From Bacteroidales bacterium (lineage in GTDB: Bacteria; Bacteroidota; Bacteroidia; Bacteroidales; UBA12077): a DNA stretch of 64,000 nucleotides. A program made the translations under genes and the position numbers. The stretch is from contig JAWLEB010000009.1 in the NCBI GenBank assembly GCA_041686375.1, forward strand, positions 12,424-76,423. Reading direction: 5' to 3'. Of the stretch, positions 56,823 through 64,000 are shown piece by piece. The notes under the pieces were generated by a model. That model saw nothing but the letters and a program-made list of their open reading frames with translations, was not told the origin of the DNA and searched no databases. The stretch's first letter is position 1. Every line of letters begins with the position of its first letter.

Positions 56823-59619
56823 ACCTCTTTTTTCGGTTCATGTAATACCTTCTTCCTATCAAACCGGCCACAACTATTATCAATATACCCCCTATAAGGT
56901 AGTCCCGGTTTTTATTATAGATAGCTTCTTTATCACCGATAAGAATGTAACCAGACCAAAAATAGGGGTGTGCATGAAGCATGTCTGCATTATTTAAAAA
57001 TTTTATTTTTGCTTCTCTTAACGCTTCTTCCTTACTTTTTCCCTTGATAATTTCTTCATAGAAATATTCCATTAATTGAATACTTGCATTATCTTCCACA
57101 GGCCAGAGAGTCATGACAATAGAGGGGCATCCGGCATATTTGAATCCACGTGCCAGACTCATTACTCCTTCACCGCGACTTAACTTGCCTATACCCGTAT
57201 TGCATGAGCTTAAAATAGTCATACGACTGCTTAAATTCAGATTATAGATTTCGTAAGTATTCAGAAATCCATCCTCTTCCTGCTCATTAGTTTGGGTAAA
57301 TGCCATTTTAGAAAACATAGGATCATCATCACTGACAATTGTATGCATTGCCAGATGAAGCATATCATATTTGGATGAATGCTTTTTGAAATTCTTTTCG
57401 GTGGCATCCTCATCGATGAATTTATCTCCATTAATGATTTGGGTGATTTTTGAAACTTCTTTTTTAATCCCTTTTAGCGGGTACAGGCGCTCCCTGTATT
57501 TTTGGCGTGTGGCTATTTTTACTTCATCCGGATTTTCAAGATTTTCATAGGAAGGAGCAAAACCTGCAAACCTTTTTTTAGACTTTTTTTTAACAACAGG
57601 TTCTGTGAACAGGACTTTTGCAGAGTAGTCATAACTGATATTATAATCATGGATTAAGTATCGCAGTGAACTGTAATCAGGCAGGTCTGATAATACAGGT
57701 TTGGTTACAAGAATTTCAAAGGGTATATAGGCAAGCTGGTCATCCGGAATGATTATCAGTTTTTTATTTTGTGGCAGGTTGAGTGGTTTGATGAGTTTTG
57801 AATAAATGTAATGGGCGGTTTGTGCAAAATCCTTCATATCTTCTTTTCCATGATTTGCAAAATTTCTTTTTGAGATTGAATTCTTTAAATTGTTGATTTC
57901 CTGAGGTAAGGAATCATTAATAGGTGTTAAATGCATACGAAGATCATTTTTTTCCAGCATAAAAGTATATAGTTTTTCCTCAAATATGGCATACTCTACA
58001 ATGATATCCTCATTGCTCATTTTCTCTTGTATAACTTCCGGTTTTATGGCTTTTAGATTGTATTTTAACTCATAAAAATCAGGATAATCCTTTTCAAATG
58101 TTTGCATTAATGTTTCGTATGATCTATTTAGTTGAAATAGTTGATCTTCCAATTGTTGTATTTTATCTGAATTGGGGGTTTCATCCTGGTTTGCTTCAAA
58201 AATGAGCTCTTCAACATTGTGAATGCGTTTTTTTATTAGGTTTTCTTTTTGTTTTAAACTATCGGGTATGTTTCCAATTGTTAAAGCTTGGTTAGATTGT
58301 ATAGATTCATACAATACAGTAGCTTTACTTCCTTCTGCATATGCAAATGCTTTGTCCAGATATTTTTTGTTCTGCGTATTTTGATATAACTGAATAGCTA
58401 TCTCCATGGCCTCCATATAAGTATCCCTTTCTTCGGCAGTGAGAAGAAGTTTACTATCGTCATTTATATAACCTTTCCTTATTTCCCGTGTAGTTCTTAT
58501 AGCAAGATCATAAGTTTTTAGAGCTTCTTCATAGTACCTTGGATTTTTTTCTCCCCATTCTTCTAATTTTCTCGCTTTTCTTTTAGAAAGCTCCAACAAT
58601 TCATTCTTTGAAAATACATTCTCTGCTCTTGGATTAGCAAACAGGGAGGTATCATTGAACTCTTCCGATATTGCTATTAAACCCTTTTGATAACTCTCTA
58701 AAGCTTTTCTTAATTCTCCCTGTTGATAATACAGGTCTCCCAGGTTGGAAAAAACTTTCGAAGTCTCCGGATGATTATCCCCTAAAGATGAGTGGTATAT
58801 TTTTAAAGAATTGTTAAATAACTCCTTTGCTTCAGTAAAAGATTTTTGTTTCAATTTTAATACTCCATAATTCATGTAAATTTTGGCCAGATTGTAATTA
58901 TTTTCCCCGTAGCTTTTTTTTGCCTCAGGTATTATTTCTTTATAGTATTGTTCAGCAATCTTATTGCTATCTGATTTATGGTATGCATTAGCGATGTTGA
59001 CCATAGTATTTAAAATTCCCTCTGAGTCAGACTTATCTTTTATTTTAAGACTGATTTTATAATTATCAACGGCTTTCTGATACGAGCCCAGATTATTGTA
59101 TAATGCTCCGAGATTGTTATAGATCCATGATAACTGCTCAAGATTTTCTAAGGAGTCTTTTTTTAATAAACTAATAGCTTTATGATAATATAATTCTGCT
59201 TTTTCTTTATCTTTTTGTAAAGAAAAAATATTAGCCATGTTCAAATAATTCGACCCTAATTTCCTGTTGCTTATAGTATCCTGCTTCTCATATATTCTTT
59301 CTGCTTTCAGATAATATTCCATGGATTTATCATAATAGCCTTGTTTTTTGTAAATTACCCCAATATTAACATAGGTGTCCGCTATTGTCTTGTGATTATC
59401 ATCCTGGAGTTTTTCTTTTTTGTATTTTAAGATATCCATGAATATATCCCGGGACTGTTGAAATTTTTCACGTGCTGCCATCTCTAAAGCCCTTTTTTTC
59501 AATGAGTCCAGTGAATTAAACTGGTTATCAGTTGAAGTTGTGGTTAAGTTACAATAGGATTTTATTGAAAATAGCAATATAGTGGTAATTAAGGTTATTT
59601 TTCGGAGTTTTTGAGACAT
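56806..59619 (-). CDS. TPR-repeat CHAT-domain (caspase-fold) protease, predicted extracytoplasmic with a C-terminal membrane anchor
   Basis: 937 aa. N-terminal signal-like segment, many TPRs, a CHAT dyad context (LHLAMHT and ILSSCNTG), and a C-terminal TM helix (LIGGILIIVVAGLIG). Confidence 0.8.
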   Translation of the reverse strand: MSQKLRKITLITTILLFSIKSYCNLTTTSTDNQFNSLDSLKKRALEMAAREKFQQSRDIFMDILKYKKEKLQDDNHKTIADTYVNIGVIYKKQGYYDKSMEYYLKAERIYEKQDTISNRKLGSNYLNMANIFSLQKDKEKAELYYHKAISLLKKDSLENLEQLSWIYNNLGALYNNLGSYQKAVDNYKISLKIKDKSDSEGILNTMVNIANAYHKSDSNKIAEQYYKEIIPEAKKSYGENNYNLAKIYMNYGVLKLKQKSFTEAKELFNNSLKIYHSSLGDNHPETSKVFSNLGDLYYQQGELRKALESYQKGLIAISEEFNDTSLFANPRAENVFSKNELLELSKRKARKLEEWGEKNPRYYEEALKTYDLAIRTTREIRKGYINDDSKLLLTAEERDTYMEAMEIAIQLYQNTQNKKYLDKAFAYAEGSKATVLYESIQSNQALTIGNIPDSLKQKENLIKKRIHNVEELIFEANQDETPNSDKIQQLEDQLFQLNRSYETLMQTFEKDYPDFYELKYNLKAIKPEVIQEKMSNEDIIVEYAIFEEKLYTFMLEKNDLRMHLTPINDSLPQEINNLKNSISKRNFANHGKEDMKDFAQTAHYIYSKLIKPLNLPQNKKLIIIPDDQLAYIPFEILVTKPVLSDLPDYSSLRYLIHDYNISYDYSAKVLFTEPVVKKKSKKRFAGFAPSYENLENPDEVKIATRQKYRERLYPLKGIKKEVSKITQIINGDKFIDEDATEKNFKKHSSKYDMLHLAMHTIVSDDDPMFSKMAFTQTNEQEEDGFLNTYEIYNLNLSSRMTILSSCNTGIGKLSRGEGVMSLARGFKYAGCPSIVMTLWPVEDNASIQLMEYFYEEIIKGKSKEEALREAKIKFLNNADMLHAHPYFWSGYILIGDKEAIYNKNRDYLIGGILIIVVAGLIGRRYYMNRKKRYFSFK

Positions 59620-59811
59620 CCTGTATTGTTTATAATAATATTATGAACAAAAATAAAAAAAAGTTGGTAAAAATTTAAATTTTTTTATTCTGTATATCAG
59701 TTGATTATAAGATTTCTTTGAAAAAATTTTAAAAATCTGGGTTACCTTTTGATGGTTGAGGGAATAAAGGGGTGAAGGCCTTCATAATTGTTAAACTAAA
59801 ATTTGAATACC

Positions 59812-60027
59812 ATGAAAACTAAAAATTTTATTACCCCGGAACAAAACCCTGAGACTTTTTTTACAAGCAATTTAGAAAGCAGTGTACTTTGTCAGAATCA
59901 AATGTTTGCCATAAGAGGTGGCAATGAAGACGCATCGGACGAGGACGAGGACGAGGAAGAGGAAGAGGATACAAGCGATCAAGACAATGGGCGAACTTCT
60001 GATATTCAGGAGGATGCTTTTGTTTAG
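59812..60027 (+). CDS. small precursor-like peptide: double-glycine leader plus a highly acidic tail
   Basis: MKTKNF...LCQNQMFAIRGG / NEDASDEDEDEEEEEDTSDQDNGRTSDIQEDAFV. 18 of the last 34 residues are D or E. The ORF is open from TTG 59803. Confidence 0.5.
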   Translation: MKTKNFITPEQNPETFFTSNLESSVLCQNQMFAIRGGNEDASDEDEDEEEEEDTSDQDNGRTSDIQEDAFV

Positions 60028-60087
60028 CACTTCCAGCTGCAGTCAGAAGAACTAAAGTTAAATTTTCTAAACGCTAATATTAATAGT

Positions 60088-60855
60088 ATGATTAATATCT
60101 ATGAAGACATAGAACGTTATATTGAGGGTGATTTACAAGGACATGCCCTGGCTGATATGGAAACGGCTATTGAAGAAAATGTCAACTTAAAACAGGAGTA
60201 TTTTTTCAGAAAAGAAGTTGATTCAGCCATTCAAGAAGAAAATGTTATGAATTTAAGGAGTCAGCTTCAGCAAATTTCCACGTCACAGAGTCCTAAGTCC
60301 ACAGCAACAGGAAGAGAAAAAAGAATTCAGAGAAGAAAATCTTACGTTGCTGCTGCCTCATTGACTTTATTATTAGGAATTGGTGGTATTGGCTATTTTC
60401 ACATGAATTCACCAAAAAATCCTGAAGAAGTTTTTGAAGAACATTATGAACCCTATCAAGCTACCATATCTTTCCGGTCTGGAAATGAGGAGATAAATTC
60501 ATTGTTAGTTAGGGCTTATCAGTATTACCAGGAAGAAAAATATACAACAGCCCTGACGTTATTTGATCAAATTCTGGAGCAGGAGCAAGATATGGGTGTA
60601 TTGTTATACTCCGGAATCTCTTTGATGGAGATAGACAGATACTATGAAGCTGAGCAATCATTTGCAATGGTTGTTAAAAATGATAACAATCTTTTTATAG
60701 AACAAGCCAAATGGTATTTGGCGATGTGTTATATTAAGACGAATGAAAAAACAGAAGCCGAAAAACTGCTTGCGGACCTGGCACAGAATAGTCAGTTTTA
60801 TGATGAACAGGCAGAAAAAGTTATGCGTGATCTGGCTAAACTAGAGGAGGATTGA
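60088..60855 (+). CDS. anti-sigma-like single-pass TPR membrane protein (paralogue of 55871..56644)
   Basis: Same architecture and a shared motif block (NDNNLFIEQAKWYLAM compared with ENNNLFTEQSYWYLAL). TM helix YVAAASLTLLLGIGGIGYF. Confidence 0.6.
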   Translation: MINIYEDIERYIEGDLQGHALADMETAIEENVNLKQEYFFRKEVDSAIQEENVMNLRSQLQQISTSQSPKSTATGREKRIQRRKSYVAAASLTLLLGIGGIGYFHMNSPKNPEEVFEEHYEPYQATISFRSGNEEINSLLVRAYQYYQEEKYTTALTLFDQILEQEQDMGVLLYSGISLMEIDRYYEAEQSFAMVVKNDNNLFIEQAKWYLAMCYIKTNEKTEAEKLLADLAQNSQFYDEQAEKVMRDLAKLEED

Positions 60856-60862
60856 TTAACTC

Positions 60863-60906
60863 AATAACCCGGATATTGTACCTCATGAAATAATATCCGG
60901 GTTATT
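60863..60906 (+). terminator. perfect 15-bp hairpin after the second anti-sigma-like gene
   Basis: AATAACCCGGATATT (60863-60877) pairs with AATATCCGGGTTATT (60892-60906) around a 14-nt loop. There is no clear U tract, so this may be a processing or attenuation site rather than a terminator. Confidence 0.4.
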
Positions 60907-60920
60907 AAAAACTTACTATC

Positions 60921-61646
60921 ATGTTAAAAACAGAAAAAAGGTTTTTGATAACACAACCGAATACAGTCTCAGAAAAAAAATTCTTGTCTTATGTTTCCCA
61001 TAGAATAAGAACTCCATTGAATTCAGTAATTGGATTTTCAAAGTTGCTTCTCAATAAAGATTGCTCTGATGAAAAAGTTGAAGATTTCGCAGATAAAATT
61101 TTAAGTAGTGGGTATGAAATATTGCATTACTTTCAAAATATTATGGATCTTTCCGAAATGGAGACAGATATTGTCAATGTAAATCCTGTGAAACTTGATG
61201 CTAAAGATCTTATCCTGAGACTTGTTAGGGAGTATCGGGATCGATTTCAACCAGAACATAATATTGAAATTAAATGTACAGATATCAGAAATTTCAGGAG
61301 TATACCGATTCAATCTGATGATTATATTTTCAGTCGTATACTTGGAAATATAATTGAACTAACCAGAATGATGATTCATGAAGGAGAGATAATCCTTAGC
61401 TGTATTATTAGCCATGATGGATATATACATTTTAGGGTTACTGGAAAATTTAATTCAGTACTTCATGCGGCGGATGAATCACTTATACTGCAAAAAGGAG
61501 AGGATAATGACAGTATAGAGTATTTGACCTATAAGGTAATACGTAATTTTTCAGAATTGCTGGGAGGCACTTTTTCTGCGGCGATAATCGCAGATAATGA
61601 GATTCTTTTCAATTTCATACTTCCTTACCATAGCGCCATAGAGTGA
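60921..61646 (+). CDS. soluble HisKA-domain protein with a degenerate ATPase domain (pseudo-kinase or phosphotransfer protein)
   Basis: The H-box SHRIRTPLNSVIGFSKLL is present. It has no TM or sensor domain. The C-terminal half lacks recognisable DxGxG and GxGLG boxes. Confidence 0.55.
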   Translation: MLKTEKRFLITQPNTVSEKKFLSYVSHRIRTPLNSVIGFSKLLLNKDCSDEKVEDFADKILSSGYEILHYFQNIMDLSEMETDIVNVNPVKLDAKDLILRLVREYRDRFQPEHNIEIKCTDIRNFRSIPIQSDDYIFSRILGNIIELTRMMIHEGEIILSCIISHDGYIHFRVTGKFNSVLHAADESLILQKGEDNDSIEYLTYKVIRNFSELLGGTFSAAIIADNEILFNFILPYHSAIE

Positions 61647-61659
61647 AATGTTATTCAAA

Positions 61660-61804
61660 TGAAACCCTCATCCACTAACTTAGACAAATGCCTGTGCATA
61701 AACCATGAGGGTTCCATGGGATGCAGAATCAACTTACGTTGACTTTAGTAGCACTGGGTCTCAGAGTAAGAAACTAATAACCTAACTTGGTTCAAATGAA
61801 AAAT
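61660..61804 (+). repeat. 145-nt repeat, copy 2 (candidate structured RNA)
   Basis: See 56678-56822. It ends 8 nt upstream of the LytTR gene ATG. Confidence 0.75.
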
Positions 61805-61812
61805 TAAATAAT

Positions 61813-62172
61813 ATGGATAGTAAAACCAATAACAAAACGCAAGATACCATCATAATTTCTTCTCAATATGGACGTAAAGAGATTGGTAAGCAAAAAATTA
61901 TTTATTGCAGAAGTTTTTCAGTAGGGACTTTAGTGTACCTTAAGGATGGCTCTCATCTATTGCTTAAGGAGAGTATTCATGTGCTCAAATCTTATTTACA
62001 AGAGTCTGAGTTTTTTCTTGTTGATGAATATCATTTAATTAATATCAGATATATCGATGCTATCTTTTCGAATAGGATCTTGCTTGTGAATGGGGGTAAA
62101 TGCAATATTGAAGCGAAAAGAAGAAAGGAATTGTTTACCCGGATTGAACATTTTTATGCGATGCAATATTAA
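61813..62172 (+). CDS. stand-alone LytTR-like DNA-binding domain protein (no receiver domain)
   Basis: 119 aa. IIYCRSFSVGTLVYLKDGSHLLLKESIHVLKSYL..FFLVDEYHLINIRYIDAI follows the LytTR pattern (I.yi.....y..i......l....sl..le..L....F.r.hrs.iVN...I..i). Confidence 0.5.
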   Translation: MDSKTNNKTQDTIIISSQYGRKEIGKQKIIYCRSFSVGTLVYLKDGSHLLLKESIHVLKSYLQESEFFLVDEYHLINIRYIDAIFSNRILLVNGGKCNIEAKRRKELFTRIEHFYAMQY

Positions 62173-62184
62173 TATGGAATACTT

Positions 62185-62318
62185 AGAAACTGTTTTGATT
62201 TTGTCCATAAACCAGGAGGCGCATTTGAATCCCCGCCCTAAAAAGGACGGGACTCTGCAAAATATCATCTTCAAAATTTGGTAAAGCAAAATTTCTAAAA
62301 GAAATCAAAACAGTTTCT
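62185..62318. repeat. 115-nt bipartite element, copy 2, closed by a 17-bp perfect inverted repeat
   Basis: The end blocks at 62186-62206 and 62273-62300 are identical to copy 1. AGAAACTGTTTTGATTT (62185-62201) pairs with AAATCAAAACAGTTTCT (62302-62318). There is an internal hairpin CCCGCCC/GGACGGG. Confidence 0.7.
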
Positions 62319-62332
62319 TATAAATTTGCAAA

Positions 62333-63685
62333 TCAGTATAAAAAGTTCATTCCAATGTACAGTCCGCTTGAGCCATCACGTCTGTCAAGCGCTCTTCCAT
62401 AATCTACAGCCACAACAAAATTGTAGTTGAGTGCAAAATGTAAGCCGATTCCAGCGCTTGAATGTAATTTATCCTTATCATCGCTGAAAAAATGTTCCTG
62501 GTTTATATGATCTGGTATGTTTGATTTGTCTATTTCAATGGGGTCAATAACTGTTCCCGCATCCCCAAAAGTGCTTAAAGCAATATAGATGTGCTGGTTA
62601 AATATTTCTTTTCTTAAAAACTTCCAACGCAATTCCAGATTCCCATAAACAATATCATCGCCAATAATTCTGTTCCGGTTTATACCTCTTAAAGATTTGC
62701 TTCCTCCCAGCCCTTCTACATTAACTGATTGTGTGAATGACGACAACAAATAGGATTGCATATAAAAGGGAGATTTACCGGCTATTGTTCCCTGGTAACC
62801 CAGCCTTACTGCAAGATTCAACTCTTTTGGTAAAAGCGTGAAATACTGCCTGTGAATTGCCGACATTTTAAGGTAGGTGTTTTTTTTATTGCTAAGAATT
62901 GATGGTGCTCCGGCAAGCAAGACTTCACTCCACACCCCTTGCATGGGATTGGCTTCCTGGTCCCTGGAATCATAAATTATTCCGCTTTTCAGATAGTTTA
63001 CACGGCCACCGTCTTTATCCTTTTCGGGAATTAAACCCCATTGATCATATAGCTCGTAAAGCGTTGTCGTATCTTCAAGCTGATCTTCCGAATCTGTTCC
63101 TTCATTATACTGTTCAAAATCAAAAGGATTCAGCTTGTGATCAAAGTGTTCTACCCCTAACAGCCATTTAAAATCAGAATCACTAATATAATCCTGCATA
63201 TGGAGAGAGAAATGAAATAATTCCCGCTCATACCTGTAGAACATTCTTGAAATATAATCATCATTCTTTTCTTCTGTGAATGCTCTTTTATACCTTGAGT
63301 TATACCCATTAAAACCATAGAAATCAAGAGATCTTTCAGTGAAGTAACTCAGATCAACGGTAAAGCGGACAGGATGATTGGGAAGAATATGTTGCGAATC
63401 AAACAAAAGTTGATTAATCCCGCTTCTTTTGGTGGTTCTGGAGATCTCCATGTAGATAGAATGCTTGTAATCCGGGAATGTGCTTCCATCTCCATAGTTG
63501 TAAAAGTTCACAAGTCCTCCGTATTTAAATCCACGGTCAGTATCATAAGCAACTACAGGAAGCGCTCCGAATGTCCATCCTTCTTTTGTGTCCTGGCGGG
63601 TGGTATCAGGGGGAGTGCTGAATAACTGCAAACTTATGAAAACCAGTAGAACAGTTATTCCTGCTTTTTGAAAGAAATTTTCCAT
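62333..63685 (-). CDS. outer membrane beta-barrel protein (Omp85/surface-antigen-like)
   Basis: Signal peptide after MENFF, alternating aromatic beta-strand pattern, and a C-terminal ..GLYIGMNFLY beta-signal. The ORF is open to TTG 63736. Confidence 0.5.
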   Translation of the reverse strand: MENFFQKAGITVLLVFISLQLFSTPPDTTRQDTKEGWTFGALPVVAYDTDRGFKYGGLVNFYNYGDGSTFPDYKHSIYMEISRTTKRSGINQLLFDSQHILPNHPVRFTVDLSYFTERSLDFYGFNGYNSRYKRAFTEEKNDDYISRMFYRYERELFHFSLHMQDYISDSDFKWLLGVEHFDHKLNPFDFEQYNEGTDSEDQLEDTTTLYELYDQWGLIPEKDKDGGRVNYLKSGIIYDSRDQEANPMQGVWSEVLLAGAPSILSNKKNTYLKMSAIHRQYFTLLPKELNLAVRLGYQGTIAGKSPFYMQSYLLSSFTQSVNVEGLGGSKSLRGINRNRIIGDDIVYGNLELRWKFLRKEIFNQHIYIALSTFGDAGTVIDPIEIDKSNIPDHINQEHFFSDDKDKLHSSAGIGLHFALNYNFVVAVDYGRALDRRDGSSGLYIGMNFLY

Positions 63686-64000
63686 GTATTTTTTATTAGC
63701 GGTTTTATGTTTTGGATTTATCCATTGGCTGAACAACTTGTTAGCTACTGTATGTTTAATATTTTTATTCGCAAACCTGGTTTATAAGTTATAGCTATTA
63801 GGTATTCAAACTGCTTAGTCGTTTGTTACTTCTGTTTAAAAGCAATTCTTAACTTTTATGTGTTAAATGTATGAATTTTGTATTTTCGCAACAAGTCCGT
63901 AGAGATTTTTAAATATTTTGTTTTGTGTAATATAAAATAATAGAGATGAATTTTACCCTGATACAATAATCATTAATATCACAACCGGGGATGGTTACTT

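Noticed and set aside
56812-56900. A 28-codon plus-strand ORF (MKNTSFFGSCN...) starting in the conserved AAATGAAAAAT end of repeat copy 1.
   Set aside because: It lies antisense inside the 3' end of the CHAT gene. The corresponding ATG in copy 2 opens no conserved ORF there, because the LytTR gene starts at a different ATG 8 nt after the repeat.
59938-59970. GAC/GAG/GAA-rich tandem-repeat-like DNA (gacgaggacgaggacgaggaagaggaagaggat).
   Set aside because: It is simply the codon-level image of the poly-Asp/Glu tract of the small acidic peptide ORF. It is not an independent repeat element.
62035-62289. ORFs 62090..62284 (+) and 62035..62289 (-), and a 34-codon ATG ORF (MEYLETVLILS...), overlapping bipartite element copy 2.
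   Set aside because: The conserved 21-mer is preceded by an in-frame TAG in copy 1. The two centres are unrelated and the conserved blocks do not keep a common reading frame with a start. The conservation is therefore at the nucleotide level and is not coding.
45288-62318. The idea that the two bipartite elements, or the two 145-nt repeats, are att-like direct repeats delimiting a mobile island or a CRISPR-like array.
   Set aside because: No integrase, transposase or cas gene lies nearby. The interval between the bipartite copies includes the housekeeping gene ribF. Only two copies exist in the window, 17 kb apart for the bipartite elements and 5 kb apart for the 145-nt repeats. That is not an array.

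Overview
AT-rich 64 kb chromosomal segment that looks like an anaerobic member of the Bacteroidota. Supporting signs are a type III glutamine synthetase, TPR-PD40-OmpA proteins, TAnnTTTG-type -7 boxes, many lipoproteins and few Shine-Dalgarno sites. I count about 55 protein genes. I recognised no rRNA, tRNA, CRISPR array, transposase or integrase. Regions 1-27.9 kb and 33-41.5 kb are mostly housekeeping: prfA start, purM, glnN, M20 peptidase, trpB, queE, pabB, tilS, aroC, sucC, dcp, dapA, ligA and envelope proteins. Two regions stand out. (1) There are two trimeric NuoE/NuoF-linked [FeFe]-hydrogenase loci, at 28.2-32.7 kb and 45.5-49.7 kb. The second sits in a dense regulatory island (41.7-54.0 kb). 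That island holds a PAS-type sensory hydrogenase with a Trx-like ferredoxin and a PP2C phosphatase, a second sensory H-domain fused to a histidine kinase, a REC protein, a REC-HK hybrid and Rex. Rex-like operators lie in both hydrogenase promoter regions, and a truncated PEBP gene lies at the left edge of the island. (2) 55.3-62.3 kb holds an ECF sigma factor, two paralogous TPR anti-sigma-like membrane proteins and a periplasm-facing TPR-CHAT protease. It also holds a double-glycine-leader acidic peptide, a HisKA protein without ATP-binding boxes and a receiver-less LytTR protein. Two 145-nt structured repeats punctuate this region. I regard it as the best candidate for an undescribed signalling system. 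Smaller items are a WWW leader-peptide attenuator in front of an orphan trpB, an in-frame internally deleted peroxiredoxin remnant, and a cyclase-HD fusion. All calls come from reading the translations and DNA by eye. No database search was run.
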